The notes beneath the pieces were generated by a model. It was given only the letters and a program-made list of their open reading frames with translations. It was not told where the DNA came from and ran no database searches. DNA of 64,000 bases from Polymyxa betae A26-41 (lineage: Eukaryota; Protista; Endomyxa: Phytomyxea), in NCBI GenBank assembly GCA_003693705.1, contig RBZT01000312.1, forward strand, positions 186,001-250,000, given 5' to 3'. Each line of letters opens with the position of its first letter. The first letter of the stretch is position 1. Below, one piece after another: positions 10,107 through 24,314 of this stretch. Made by a program: the position numbers and the translations under genes.

Positions 10107-13100
10107 TTAGGCGAACCCAAACCCTGTAGCACCCTCAGATATTGCTAATCGGAGCTTGTCTGCTAGTGAATCCGGTGAAGAATAATCCGGAAGATCAAGC
10201 TGGTTGAAGCATGTGTGAGTAGTAGGTAGCCTATCGATGCCGGTGCCACGATGAATTTGGAACTTCTGTACTCCAGACATGCCTTGCAGAGCTCGAAAGC
10301 CACCAATGGGAACCTAGAAACAAAGTTCAGAACTGACAGAAGACAGAGAAAAATTCGCGCCAACCTTGCTGGTCCCGGTGACGAACTGGATGAAAAGGGC
10401 TTTCTCTTCGCTATTGAACGATTGTAATGCAGCCCAAAACCATTGAATGACATCCGAGGTCTCACTGAGACCATGATATTCAGTGTTAGCGCGAAGATCA
10501 CTGATATCGATCTCCGGGAGTCCACAAATCAACAGTTCCAGGTCGTGGTCGTTGAACACGTTGATTAACTCTTTTGGAATTAGTTCATGGAAGCCAGCTA
10601 CAAAAGCATCGATCTGTGCTTTAATTTCGGTTGTAGTCCTTAGTTCCGTTATTAATGAAACATATTCCTGCTTATTTTCATCAGTAACTGGACAATTTTG
10701 ACCATCAGGCTATAACATTGTTAGTTTAACATTTAACGTCACAATTTGCTTATGTACCTTTAGAGCAAACACTCGCCTTTCCCCAAACTCATGAGTCTCA
10801 GCGCTAAATGTCAAATCTAGAACTCCTTTGATCGGGTTCGCCAGCATCCACTTTAAGCTTTTATAGAAATCGGGATCAATGGATTCCATATCGGAGAACG
10901 ATGGTTTGATTCCAAGCATATGCTTATAGAACGAACGCGTGAAGTAGGCGTCCAATAAACAACCTTGGTAGATGGCTTTGCCAACGAATCGACCAACAAA
11001 TCGGAAGAAATCAATATGTTCAGGGTTCCAATAGGAGAACTTGTTAGGTTGAAAAACAACTTGGCTGTCTGCAGCATTTCGGAAAAGTGCATAATTGGGG
11101 TTGAAGATCTCCCGTGACATGACAAGGAACCATTCGCGGGTTAATCCACCTGTTACAATCAGAGCTATTTAAAAAGTAGTTTTGAAAGACCTACCAGCAT
11201 CCATTCCTTCTTCACCCATGAAGTGAACTGTCATATGAGATCGCAGCTCGTTCAAGGTCTGGTTTCGGATTTGATGATACGAATCTTCGAATAGCCGATC
11301 TCGACGAACTTGCAACTTTACGCTCCTGAAAAAAACACTGTCAATGAAACTTAAAATGAGATGTAACGGCAATCACCTATAGCGAGAGCGGAATGACGAA
11401 AACTGAGATTCCAGTTGCGATCGGAAGTATCTTCGTTTGTTCTCAAAATCAAGAACGTTACCAGAGCGCATAGAGATCAATTCCGATAGCGACCCGGAAA
11501 GCAGTTTAGGGTAACGACTGCACAAGAAATTGAGGATCCGTCTGTGCGTTTGACAGAAAGTCTTGAATGCCTAAATCGAACTGTTAACATCCCACCGCTT
11601 TAAGAATAAGCTAACATACTTTGTTTAAGGCAGGAGTGGTAGCGATCTTCCTCTGAACAAACATAGCTTCAATGAAAGATTTATATTGTAGCGATTTTTC
11701 CAAAGCGGCCGTGTATTCCTGCGCTCCCGAAGAATTGGTATGTTGAGTATGGATTTGTAAAGAGCACAGCACTAGATGCAGTTCTGACCAAAGCGTGGAC
11801 AAATCAGAAATGCATGGAAGGACAGCATCGCTAGATTGCTGGCTCAGCTTAGGAGAAATTAAAATTCGTAGATTATTGTCAGAAAACTGAAAGCGAAATT
11901 ACCTCATTGAAGTCATGAACAACAGATTTCAGGAGATTCAAATTACGTAGGATCATAGACTGGAATAGCGCTATTTCGCCGGGCCTTCGATGCTCTAACT
12001 TTAGCGGCTCTAGGCTGGTTCGTACGGCTTTTAGAGAATTGGTCAATTCGGTAATAATGATGGTCCTAGAAAACCGTTTCAGTGTAGAAATCGGCAGCTT
12101 AGAGAAATATGGACCTATTCTTGGGCAACTTGGCAAATATGGAAACACAGTGCATGATCATATCCGATATTCGTGTGGTACAGACTTTGGCATTGGCAAT
12201 AGCCACCATATTAGCGACTGCTGAGGATGAGATATCAGGAACTGTCACTGTAACTTCCTTGATTTGAGCAGAAATGCCAGGGCTATCTTTGAATACGCCG
12301 AGAGCATCTTCAAGAAATCCAAACAGCGATAGAAGAGTTGGCTCTGCCATGTCAAGCCGTGCCACATATATCAATGAAAGGATATCATGAATCGGAGCAG
12401 AATCTTCAGACAGCAAGAACCAGAGTAGAATATCATCGCGACAGGTGCTCTTTGACAAGAAACGCAACGCATTAAGTGCTCGGCTCAACAAATACGACGG
12501 GAGCCGCTTCGTTAACTGCATAGAACGCGAAGGCGTGAATGCGATGCATATCGAGTACAAAACCTTCAATAAAGAATCCCGAGTTTGCGGGAACTGTGAC
12601 ATAACTCTAACGACGCGCTGAACGGTAGCTAAGCAGTCGAAATTCCGTACTTTGAACAGACTGATTAACGGCACAACAAGACGGACAGGAAGCAGAGGAG
12701 TTGTTGCATTGGAGGTCATCTGAGCTTCCGGTTCAACATTTGCTGGAGCGGGAGGACGGGCTTGTTGGCTTCGGCGGCGAATTGAAGGAGGAAGTTCGTC
12801 CCGCTCTGAATAAATATTGCGTTGACGAAGAAGCACAGCTTCAGCCATCAATTCGGGCGGGAGCGACGATAGGAAGTTGTCGTCCTGGTTCATGAGAAAC
12901 TCTTCACGGATATCCTGAGGTAACGTCGCGATAAAACTGGCGCTATCGATATCAGCAACCATAGAAGGATGCAGCGATTCTGGATTAGCATGGGCAGCTT
13001 GCTGGCGAGAGTCTTGTAGCAGAATCTCAGCTTGTAGCTCCGGTGGCAACGCAGCTAAGAAAGCTAAACGCTCTTCTTCTGAAAGCCCAACTGATGATTC

Positions 13101-16100
13101 GCCATTTTGAGCCACAACAGAGGCGGACTGAATTTGATCATGTGGATCTTCAGCATGCTGTTCTGCAGCACTTTCAGCAGGCACATCAGCGATCTGTTCC
13201 ATGCTCTCATCCATCTCGTCTGCTGAAACCAAAGCAGGCTCCTCTACGGGATTCATCTGAACATCCGGTGCTCCCACAGCACTTACTGACGCCACTGAAA
13301 CTGCGACATTGGTTGACGCAACAGATTCGATCTCATCAGCGACGGGCTCACTTGGTAAAGTAGATTCAGATTTCTGAGCCAGTTGCGACTGGTTTTGCTG
13401 CTCTTCAGCTTGTTGTTTGTTATACTCAGACATAAAGCAATTGCCGATGGATTCTTTGATAACAGGGCCAGAAAGTTCCATCATGCGTACAGCCCAGGAT
13501 GTGCTGCTGAGAGACCTCGCAGGGAACTGCCGATTCTGAAACTGGCCCTGCATTCTGTTCGCATCGACAATAATCTCACTAAAGCGATGTCCATCTCCAG
13601 GAATAGTACTGCGTCGCATGATCTGGGTTCTGGATGAAGGAGCACGAATCACCGTGGCGTTTTCATTCAGCCACGGTAACTCGTCATCGGCATGGCGACT
13701 AGCTCTAACAACAATATTTCTGTGAGAAGCAGTAGATAAGCGGCGCCGAATGTGCTCGTCAGTTCGACTTCCAGAAACAGCTCCGTTGGACATTAAAACG
13801 TCTGCTTACTAGTGAGCAGGGCGTAACGAAAAAAAAAACATGTTTACCAATATCGGAAGTATCAACAGAGCTTTGAAAATCTTCTAAAACATGACGCAAG
13901 CGTTCATCAGTTTCGTTTAAGGCAGCCACGTTGCCGAAATCAATTCCGATATCGATAACTGGACCCCGCAGCTGAACAATTTCTTGCAGCTGTTGAGGGA
14001 ATATGCGCTGTGAGAAAGCGTGTAAACCACGGATGTTGGAAGTACGGATATTGATGGTAGGCGATGACAAATCAGCAACTGCCAACTCCTCGTCATCGTC
14101 ATCGTCATTTTCATCATCATCATCGTCATCGCGACGGTTAGCCTAGAAACGTTAAAGGTACCAATAAACAAAAAAGTAAACTTACGTTATCAGCGTCGTC
14201 CTCGTCATATTCCGATTCTTCGTATTCGTCATTAACAGGCGGACCGAAGTTTAGAAGGTCGTTGATAAAATCGTTTGCAATAATATCATCTTCAACATCT
14301 TCGTCCGGTTCCTGATGGGCATTATCCTCATCATCGTCTTGCTCGATGAGAGCAACGTCTTCCTGATCAACAAGATTTGCCCCTTCGTCTTCGTTGGGAT
14401 TTTCTTCTTCCATCTCATGACTGCTGCTAGCAGCATCGGCGCCCACATTTTCAATGCTGGAATTGCGAGAGTCTAATTTCATAAATAAGCAATTGGCAAA
14501 CCTTAAAGGACAAGGAAAAACAGTACTTTGGTTGGGGAATTGATCGACAAGTCCGCCAACAATGTCCATTTGAATACTTTCGACATTCTGGTCTTCAGCA
14601 CTTGTAGGCTCCGGCTCAACCCTAACTAAGGGTGATGTCAGATCCAACGAGCCGAAAGCCTCTAATGTGCGCAAAATTCCATCGCAGCATTCAGAGAATT
14701 GTTGTCCTTTCAAATTCAGAGACTGAAGAGCATCAACCAAAGTAGGTATGATGCCGATCTTAATCATGGTGCAAGCTCGTTCCCGTTCGTTGGGGGAATT
14801 TCGTAAAAGCGAAAGGACGGCAGTTGCATAACGGGCCACGCAACGATCGTCACCAACATCACGACGGATAGCGTCTTTGAGACACTCGAAAACTGGACTA
14901 GCAATTTCATCACCAGCGACACACAGTTCAATCAAAGTCATCTGCGCAGCACGACGGAGGTCTTTAGCAAGAGTGGTCGCCTGTTCGGCGCTGCAGTCTT
15001 CGGTTTTCAGATTAGAGCCTCGAATTGTAAGCAATTTAAGAACCAGGATATCGATGAATCGATGCTTTTGGTCGACTTGCGCCGAACCAACGTAATCAAT
15101 TATGTACTTGTGCAGATGGGGACTGTACAAATGGGCAATGGTTCTAATGGCATGTAATAACCGTAAAGGGTCGCAAAGTGAGAAAATGAATGCACCGCTG
15201 AGCAATGAACCACTGCCATTTGAGGACAAAAAGATGATCCGATCCATCACTTCGCCTAAATTGCTATACCACTGAATATTTGTGGCATCAATAGAAATTT
15301 CGGTGCAGCGCTGACGTAGGCTTATAGCATTGAAAGCTGGAGCCGACGATGTAGGCTTTTTTACAAACTGGCAAGATTTTACGACAACATCCTCAAAATC
15401 TTGAACAGAACGTAGTAGCACACTGCGGTTGCGATCAAATAATTGCGAAAGAGAGATTTCAGAATTCGAGGCAGATTCCATCAGCATTTTCAAAGATTTC
15501 TGGATTGATAGCCTGAACAAACTGTTGTCTTCAATAAGCATATGTAGAACAGTATCGACAAGAGCCGAAATGGTCTTCGTATTATCGAATGATAGAGGAC
15601 GCCTAACCTGCAGAAGTGTTTTGATACCAGCACTGGTAATGCCACATTGGCTTAACAAGGTAATCAAACAGGCTAAAATTGATTGTGTAACTTTAACATC
15701 GCTGGCAATAGGGGATGATAATAATTTCATGAAGTCATTAGTCATCTGCAAGCGGTCTTCAGAGGATACAGAAAGCCGAGGCATGAAGCCTTCGGCACCA
15801 GGGCTCCAAACGGAAGAGAGCCATGTGAACAGGCCAGCGGTTGAAAGGGCGATCCTCTTTGCAAAAGAGCATGATTCAGAGAGGGACAACAGCTGACTAG
15901 CAGCCCGTAAAACAGCACGGCAGAAAGGGGCATGACTAGAAAGATGCACAGCAAATGTTTTAGACGAAGAGACTATCTGGACGCAAACAGAAAGCGCAGT
16001 CTGAATGATAGCAATATGGTCGGGGTTAGTAATGTCGCCAGTACTAAATATTGTTACGAGCTCGCCAGCGAGATGATCTAGGAACTGAGCAATTCGAACA

Positions 16101-19100
16101 GGATCGTTTTTGGAGGCGTCAATGGCCCGTAGTATAAACTGTGAAATTTCGGTACAATACTCCTCCAGATAGTCATCATCTTTGTTGACTTGATCCGAAG
16201 AATAGAACGAGTTTGAGATGACCATCAGCAGTGGTGCTGCGACCATGGCACGCTCAACTGCTAAACAGTCCACACTTGGGATTGCAATCGAGCTAAGCTT
16301 GTCCTCAACGGCTGCAAATGCAGCATTTTCTGGCGAAGTAGATTGTGGAGCCGAAGCAGAAATATTAGTAGCTGACGATTCAGACGAAGCGACCACAACG
16401 GTCTCAGTCGCTGGAGCAGCTGCAGCACCAGGATCTCCCGTATATGGATGCTCAAACATCAGATCAACGAGAGCGTTGAAATTTCTGACACTGGAATTCT
16501 CCAAAGCCCAGGTTATATGCTCATCAGAGAACCCCATTTCAGATAGTTGTGCAAACATCAGTGAGCGGCGCTCATCATTATCAGCATCGCGGTCGGGTCC
16601 TGATTGATTACCGCCATCTTCCTGCATGTCATGTTGGCTTCGGTCATCATTATCTTCATCGTCCTGGTCCTCATCGGTATCGCTTACTGACACAGGAGCT
16701 CGAGAAGTGTTCGCTGGAGGTGGGTTGTTTTCTGCTGAGTGCAAAGTTGCAAAAGCTTGCGAGGATTGCAACATGGCAATTACAACCGGTAAAGGAAATG
16801 AGCTTGGGTTTCTCCAAATGTCCTCGAACAGAGTTGCAGCAAGAGCAGTGAACTTTTCATGAATAGCGGAAAAAGCAGCTTGAGGTAATAAGCTGAGGAC
16901 CACAATGAAGCGAGATAGCGCAATCAGTAGCACATCAATGCAGTGTAGAAGGTTGTCATCGAGTTCAACTGGCCACTGCCACGACGGCATTGATGTTGGG
17001 GCGTCAGATTGGTTACGGGTTTTCCGAGACTTTTTGCTAGACGAACGTGTGGGGAACGACTGATTGCTGCCCCAAGGATTTGTTGAGTCGCTCCTGTCAT
17101 TAGGCCGAATTTCTAGAATCCAGCGCCACAGTTCGAGCAAGCGAGTAATCGCTCCTGACTTGAGCAGTTCATTTAGCACAATGCGGACACTTGCGACCTC
17201 CTGGTTTGAATACGAGTCGGAATTTCGCTGACAGAACAAATATTCTCTAGCATTTTCGAAAACTTTGGCAGTATATAAGAGAAGCGAGCACCATGACGAT
17301 GATAGTGATTTGTGCTCGTCCATTGATGTCGGACTATCCTGGCGAGTGCATTCGGACCAGCGGCAGAGGACATCAGCGAGGTTTGGAAAGACAGGTAATG
17401 GCTTGCTATTAATCATGAAAACAGCATGCGAAGCAATAATGGAAGTGAAAACGTTGTTTTCAGACACCCGACTTGATCCTCGTTCGGAAAGTGCAACCAT
17501 CAGCCCTTGAACAGTCATGCTGAATTGTGACAAAGCGAACTTGTACGGCGCCAAGATATCATTGACAGAAGAATTTACTGCCAAATCACTGGGCGTCAGA
17601 GATGAGCCAGTATCCAAACCGGTAAGGGCCCAATCAACTTTAACTGCGATCCTCGAAAGCGAGGCAAAAAGGCTGGCTAATTGCGCTTGTCGCATTTGGA
17701 ATGAAGGAGTACGATGGACGATACGCAAAAGTGTGGAAATAAAGAAGTGCAACGAGCATATAGCAGTGGCATGTCCTTGAGCCTGTTCGCAGCGTCTCGA
17801 GCTCAGCAGTTCCTCAAAAGGCCAGAGGAAATTGCGCGATTGGAAGGCTTGAGAGCGTGTAACAGCATCGCACGATTTCTGAACGCGATCGAACAGAACA
17901 TCGATTGGAAGACGAGCTTGCTGAACAGCGAGCCAGGCATAGCATTCCGCGAGAGCATCCCCAGCAATGGTCAGTTTGCCAGCTACGAGAGTTGTAGGAG
18001 CCCCCAACGCTGAAGACTTAGGTTGCGTAGGGAAAACAAATGTTGGCGGCGATTCAATGGCATCAGAAGAGTGAGAAATGCCAAGTGTGCGCTGGCAAGC
18101 ACCGGGAGCAGTAGCGAAAGCACAGAGTTGCGATGGACCGTTCAGAGCACAAAACTTAGCGACGTGTCTTTGGACCACACACTTGATGAAAGTACAGATG
18201 TTAACAATTGCTTGGTCGTAGACCTGTTCAAGAGTTGGAGCAACCGCTGAACTGTGTCTGTCATGGGTACTAGCAAAAATAAGAGCACCTGGTCCGTCCT
18301 GTAACCGGGTTAGCGCGTTGGTAATTGCCCCGACGACAGGCTCTTCAAAATCAGGATAATGGCGAATCCATTCATCAACACAGCGTCCAACAGATTGCAC
18401 TGTTGACTGAGAGGATGAAAAATACTCGTACAAATCAGGGGACTCGAAAAGCTGAAGGACTCGTCGAACCGGATCAGCAGTTAAAATAGAAGACAATCCA
18501 GCACTGTGAATAGACAGGGACCGAATTAGATCCAGCAGAATCTTGATCATCGACTCTCGATACTCGGGCTTGCACCGATTAACAGAATCCAAAACCAAAG
18601 GGAACCAACGCAAATAGGCGGATGTGATACCTTCACGATGCAATGTTTGTAAAGAACGAGGTCGGTTTTGAATAAATCGTGAAACGATATTGCAAGCAGT
18701 CGTGAAAACAAGCAGTCCGGATTCCGTTGGATTAAAAGGAGCGTTAAAAGCAGGCATATCTGAAGAATTGGATAGGTTTGCCGGCGTGTGAGATGGAGAT
18801 GACACCGAGGATGTTGGCTCAGAAGTGTTCATCAATAGCATTCTCATGTCAGCGGTCGACGAGGTTCGCGATGCGTCAATGGGGGTTTGAACAGGGGAGG
18901 GTCCAATCATGCAGGTGTCCCAAAGATGTGTCATCAATCGAACAAAATCCACATCATGCAAGATCTGCTGAGATATTGTTGCCCGGGTGCGTTGCAGCAG
19001 TATTGAAATCACACGAAGAAGCAATTGGATAGCGTTATGGAACTCCTTGAGTTTAGAGTCGAAGATTGGAGCACAATCCAAGACCAACCTCATTTGGCTG

Positions 19101-20519
19101 AAAACAGGACCAAACGCGTTTTGGTCCAAAAAGGCGGTCCTCGCAGCAGAATTGTTCAGTAAAAGGGTCGCTAGCAAAGAGCATACGTCGTTGATCGTTT
19201 CAAATGGACACAGAAAGGGGCAACTTAAGATAGAGATTAAAGACCGAACCACGAGATCATCGTCAATAGTAGCACCGACGACAGCCAGACGATCCGATCG
19301 AGACCCATTTTCAGGGACTGAAGAAGAGCCGCGAGAAGGAACCAGCTCTGCCATTAGAGAAGCATAACTGCTGAATCTTTTGTATACCAGATGGTCTTTC
19401 GGTAACGAACCGATAGCAGCGCGAACGTTCTCAGCAGTCAATAAAAATCCATTTAGAACGACTCCGTTTTCTTCAAATATGTTGGCTTCAATTAACTTCC
19501 GGCGGTAGCAATCAAACGAACTCAGCAAATGCAAGGTCTGCAATGCAGTAACGACAACATCGTTGTCGTAGCTGACCAAAGGCAGTCGATCCAGGTCTTC
19601 AATCAGAGCAACGATCTGCTGAGCCACGTTGACAATGCCAGAGAGTGGGACATAAGAGGACGAAGAAGAAGGCAAGAGGATTCCTGCTTGAATGGAGCGT
19701 AATATTAAGTGTACGTAGACTTGACGGGTCACTTCTGAGCCCAGCATAAGAGCAACGCGATGGTTAATCTGGAAAGCAGAAACTTCCGAGCATGGAAGCT
19801 TAGAAATAATTTTAAAGGCGACATCAACCGGGTCGCCTCCCATATTATTAACGTCAATGACGACCGGGGAATCAAGCGAAGGCCCCGATATTGTAAATGG
19901 CCTCGAGGGTGACGGCCCTTCCCCCGTAAACATTGCTTTTAAAGAATGGGAATCTGAGAGAATTAATCCGGTTGCCAAGAACTGCAACCGCGTACGAAGA
20001 GGGGATAGATACCGAGAAGAAATCCTTGCGGTGGAATTTTTCAGCAAAGCAATTATACACTGAACATTTTGCATTACAAGAAATGTATCTGAATGCCACA
20101 GAAGATCAAGAAGATGCTTCACTGAAGTTAGAGCCAAATAATTCAACGTGCTAATGTACAGTTACCTCAACAGAGTTGAAGACCCTGGCATCAGTCGTGT
20201 TTGTCAGCAGTGAGCGTAGAATTGAAAGTACCTTGATTAGGTCTGATGATGGCAAATTCCGATCCGATAAAAAGTCGTCTATTCGGTCAAGAACAGAAAC
20301 CCACCCGATCAGTGACGTCTACATCTATCAGAAGCAACAAAACACACTCCTCAGCAATACCTTAACGCCAATCTGATCGATATCATGGGTCCGGTAGAAT
20401 TCAATGAATTCCTCACAATGGATAGTTTCCACCTCTGGTGGAATGAAGATCGATACCTCAGAGAGAGTCCCAGGGGCTGACGCCCGAGCTCGCCCACGGT
20501 ACCTTGGCTTAACCTTCAT
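10107..20519 (-). CDS. Giant HECT E3 ubiquitin ligase, HUWE1/UPL1/Tom1 family (multi-exon)
   Basis: N-terminal helical region, UBA ([10 protein letters not shown]), acidic linker, UBM repeats ([24 protein letters not shown]), HECT domain ([19 protein letters not shown]) ending EGATGFGFA. Confidence 0.92.
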
Positions 20520-21280
20520 AGGCCAAGCCGCGATGCTTCGACGCCCAAACCGATAAATTCAATGTCGGCGGCTAATGGCTTCACCGCTATCGAACGTGTG
20601 GAGTAAAAATAATCGGATGAATTTAGGAAAATGAAATTGGATTAAGAACGCAATCGGTGCCCGCTGCAGACGCAGCCCACATGACAGGCTGCGCTCAATG
20701 TTAGTTAATACAGAACTTATTAGTTTCATGTTTGGGTCGTTGAATTGATTTTCTGGATTAATAAGTGACAGGTCAGGTTTCGACGCTTCCCTGTTCTTAA
20801 GCTGATTATAAGCTATACCGATACAACGATAGTATGAGAATCGGTTTTATGCTTGACTTATGGGATTGTGTGATATTTGATTGATTTTAAGAGGTTGTTG
20901 TGGTGGGGGTTATCTCGTACAACTTTAAGAAGGTTTCTCCTGCTATTCGCCTCTTGATGCAACGCTTGACCCATTCATTAACCAGATAAAACTTATTTTG
21001 TTGATATTTGCAGAATTCAGCATAACAGTGACCGGTTGTGTCAGCAAGGTAAAGTTGCTTGATGTACTTTGGTTCGCCTTTGCGCATTGCAGATCGAAGC
21101 TTTGGAATGACACATCAAAATTTGCTTTATTGATACGACAATTCTTTCTGTAGAAATAGGCCTTGAATGATGATTCTAACTGGTAACTTCCCCTGTGTTT
21201 CTGCTTTGTAGCAGTTAATTGAGCCTCACATGCAACCGAGTCACTGAACAACTAAAAGGCAATCAGGCGTTTTGATTTTC

Positions 21281-21329
21281 TGCCAAGATATCGGGATCGT
21301 TTTTGTAGTACAACAGCGATATCTTGGCA
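21281..21329. repeat. Perfect 13-bp inverted repeat with 23-nt spacer
   Basis: TGCCAAGATATCG (21281-21293) and CGATATCTTGGCA (21317-21329). Confidence 0.85.
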
Positions 21330-21349
21330 CGTTCCACAATTTTACAAAT

Positions 21350-23724
21350 ATGCGGGCTGTATCATCCAGGAAAATGTTTGGTCCAGACTCCGACCTTTCG
21401 AGCGTTATTCACAAATGGGATAAGGTAGGCAGATTTCCGTAATGTTGGATAATGCACGCTTTTGATATAAATAGGCGACGCGAATGGATCGATTCAAAAT
21501 CTTATCCGCTTTTGTTGATGAGATTGGTCAGGATCCGAGTTTAGTGGACAGACGCCTTGGAGCCTATGCGTCGTTATTATTTACACGGTTTACCACAGCT
21601 TGGCGACTATCGTATTCTTTAGGGACTACGGTCACACCGCATATGAAAGCGATTCGAATCTTCCTGCGAAGCTCCATGTCTTCTCAGTTCCTCGACGAAC
21701 TATTGCGAATTGGTGGAATGGCGACTTTGTTGGATCTTATTGCTCAGGAAACCGACGTATTTGAACGCGATAAGCGAACGGCGTTCCAAATCATGAAACT
21801 GATTTGCTCCATTCAACCTGCCTGTACCGACATGTTCTGCATCTCTGGCGGTCTTCGATTGACACGACGAGCGCTGAACAGTAGTTTCTCGGAACCCACA
21901 CAGATGAAAGCAATCGATCTGATTCGCTACATCGCTGAACGAGCTACTGTCCAATACGTCGACGCCCAGGAAGCTTTGATCCTGATCGCACAGCCAACCA
22001 ACAAGTCACCGATTGCCTGCAAGGTCATGGCGATCGAGACGTTAGCTGACCTGATCACTTGTGGGCAATACAAAACGCTGACCTTAGATAGAAGATTCGC
22101 ACATAGTGTTATCCAGCTGTTAACAATTGAGAGCGCTAAAGTCCAACAGCAAGGTCTCATATCTCTCCATAAGTTTCAGTCATACGTTAATTCTATGTTT
22201 TCTTATAGCATCTCGACTATTGGTCTATTTAGCTATAACCCGACCGGAGCTGCTTCTAACCCAGCCCATCATCTCGCAGCTCTGTCGCCTGATCAATCAT
22301 GACATGAACAAGAACCTGGAGACGGTCCCGGTGAACGACCGCGTCCAGCGTCTGATCTCTGCTTCCGATGGCAACTCGCACATGTCGTCGACATCTACCG
22401 GAAGTCGAGCAGCACGAACGATTTGTATGATGTCGCCATTGACAGTGAGTAATGGCGAATATATGATAGAATGTGGTGTCCTATCAGGATTAACATTGAT
22501 GTATTGCAATATACAATCATATGAGTCTCAACAGATCGCGAACCAGACTCTGAGGATGGTTTTATCTGCTGTGCCACATTCAGCTGGCATACTAGAGAGA
22601 TATATGGGCCCTGAAATCTATTCGGCTTTCGTCAACAAATTGCAGGGAGCAGCACTGCATCGAATTTTTACCGAGGATGCTATTCAACAAGTTCGGCGGG
22701 CGATCGGTGTGAAAGAATCCGATGTGGGCAATTCTCATCGATCGAAAGAATCGATAGAGATGCATGAAGTTTTGCAAGGAAAGGTTGTTGATGATGGCAG
22801 TGAATTGCCCCCTGGAACGACAGAAGTAAATTGTGAGGCATTGTTGTAGTTCCGGCAATAAAGTGATTGCGATAGGAGAAGGAGGATGAAGATAAGACCC
22901 AGCCAGTGACAGATCATGCTAACGAAGAGGTTTTAACTGGAAATAATGCATTGAACAAGTGGGTTTTCTCAACGCCATTTCGTTGATTTAGATATAAAAA
23001 ATCTATCTCAGATTGGCGGTCAAACTCGTCATCGATCGTGGTGTGGCTGAAGCAGAGAAGCGTGCCAACCAGGCATATAAATTGAACGACAGCAGTCCAG
23101 CTAACAAGAATATGTACCAAACGATTGAAAGACGATCTATGGAACCCACCGAAACTTTAGAATTGGTCATATCCTTGAAATTGATGTTATCAAATTCATT
23201 GATCTGATCGATTTCAGATAGTAGCGATTAAAGAGCAGCAACACGCTGGGAAGGGATCGACAGGATCAGGGCCATCAAGTAGGCGTATTTCTGTTGAAAG
23301 CGACTCAGCAACTCGTTTGCTGACAAGGAAGCTAATTCCTGTCGGGAGCGGTGCCCGAAGCATCTCCCAGGCAGTTTTGACTAATCTAATCTCGTCACGA
23401 AGGTCCCTTCTGCCTGGTCTAAACGATCAATGCTTACGCGATTACAGAGGATCGCTTCCACGTTCTACCAGCGCTTTGAAACACCAGGCGGGAAACACAG
23501 GCCTATTTGTGCCAATGGCGATACCGAATCTGCATGAAGGAACGGTGCTGATGACGCAGTACACATCGCATAACCTCTATGACCAAGAGATCAACATTGA
23601 CACACAATCGACAGAAAAGTATTGAATCCATTGTGATCTTGTAATGCAGATACTGAATGACTGCAGGTTGCTCCACGATTACAACGATCTACTGAAGACT
23701 ATTCGATTGCTTCATGAGCAATGA
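21350..23724 (+). CDS. Armadillo-like helical domain protein ARMH1-like with C-terminal extension (multi-exon)
   Basis: HKWDK..RFKILSAF..ASLLFTRFTTAWRLSY..AIRIFL..FLDELLRIGGMATLLDL resembles the ARMH1 (C1orf228) N-terminus. Downstream ORF pieces (22127, 23013, 23317) join by short GT-AG introns to TGA 23722-23724. Alternative start ATG 21374. Confidence 0.65.
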
Positions 23725-24314
23725 CGTAACCGGACATCATGAATTTCATTAGGTGGTAATCGATATTAGGCTGATTAGAGTCTGGTTGTCTGCCCCAGAC
23801 TGGTCGATGGAATTGTTCATCAGGATATCCCTGCGAATACACCACTGGAACCCGATGATAAACCAAGATCAAAAACATATCACCAGCGATCAATCGAAAA
23901 CAAATTGCCATTTTACGTTGACATTATTGGTGGATCGTGCAAAACGTTTCGCAATTTATAATCAATCGATAAAGTCATAAATCATAAAACGTATATATTA
24001 TTATCGAATACGATAGGCTGAATATGCATATGAATCCATTACGAATCTCAAGTGTCGAGCTTGCAACACACATCTGCTGTTTCAACACGAACTTCTGTTT
24101 TATATTGGTGCCTGTGAAAATTCGTCCTTTTGGTAGGGACGATTTCAAGCCCCGTCATTCTCCATGGATTTTTAATAACAGTTGAGTAATTACCAACGGC
24201 ATGTCATTTAACTGGCTTTCAGAAACTATGTCGAAAGCTCTAGCATTCTACATTTCAATTATAAGAGCAAAATACCGAGATGATCGTGTGAATATCATTT
24301 AATAAACAAATCTA

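Noticed and set aside
20887-21251. Two overlapping minus-strand ORFs between the HECT ligase and ARMH1-like genes
   Set aside because: No recognisable motifs or coherent spliced model.
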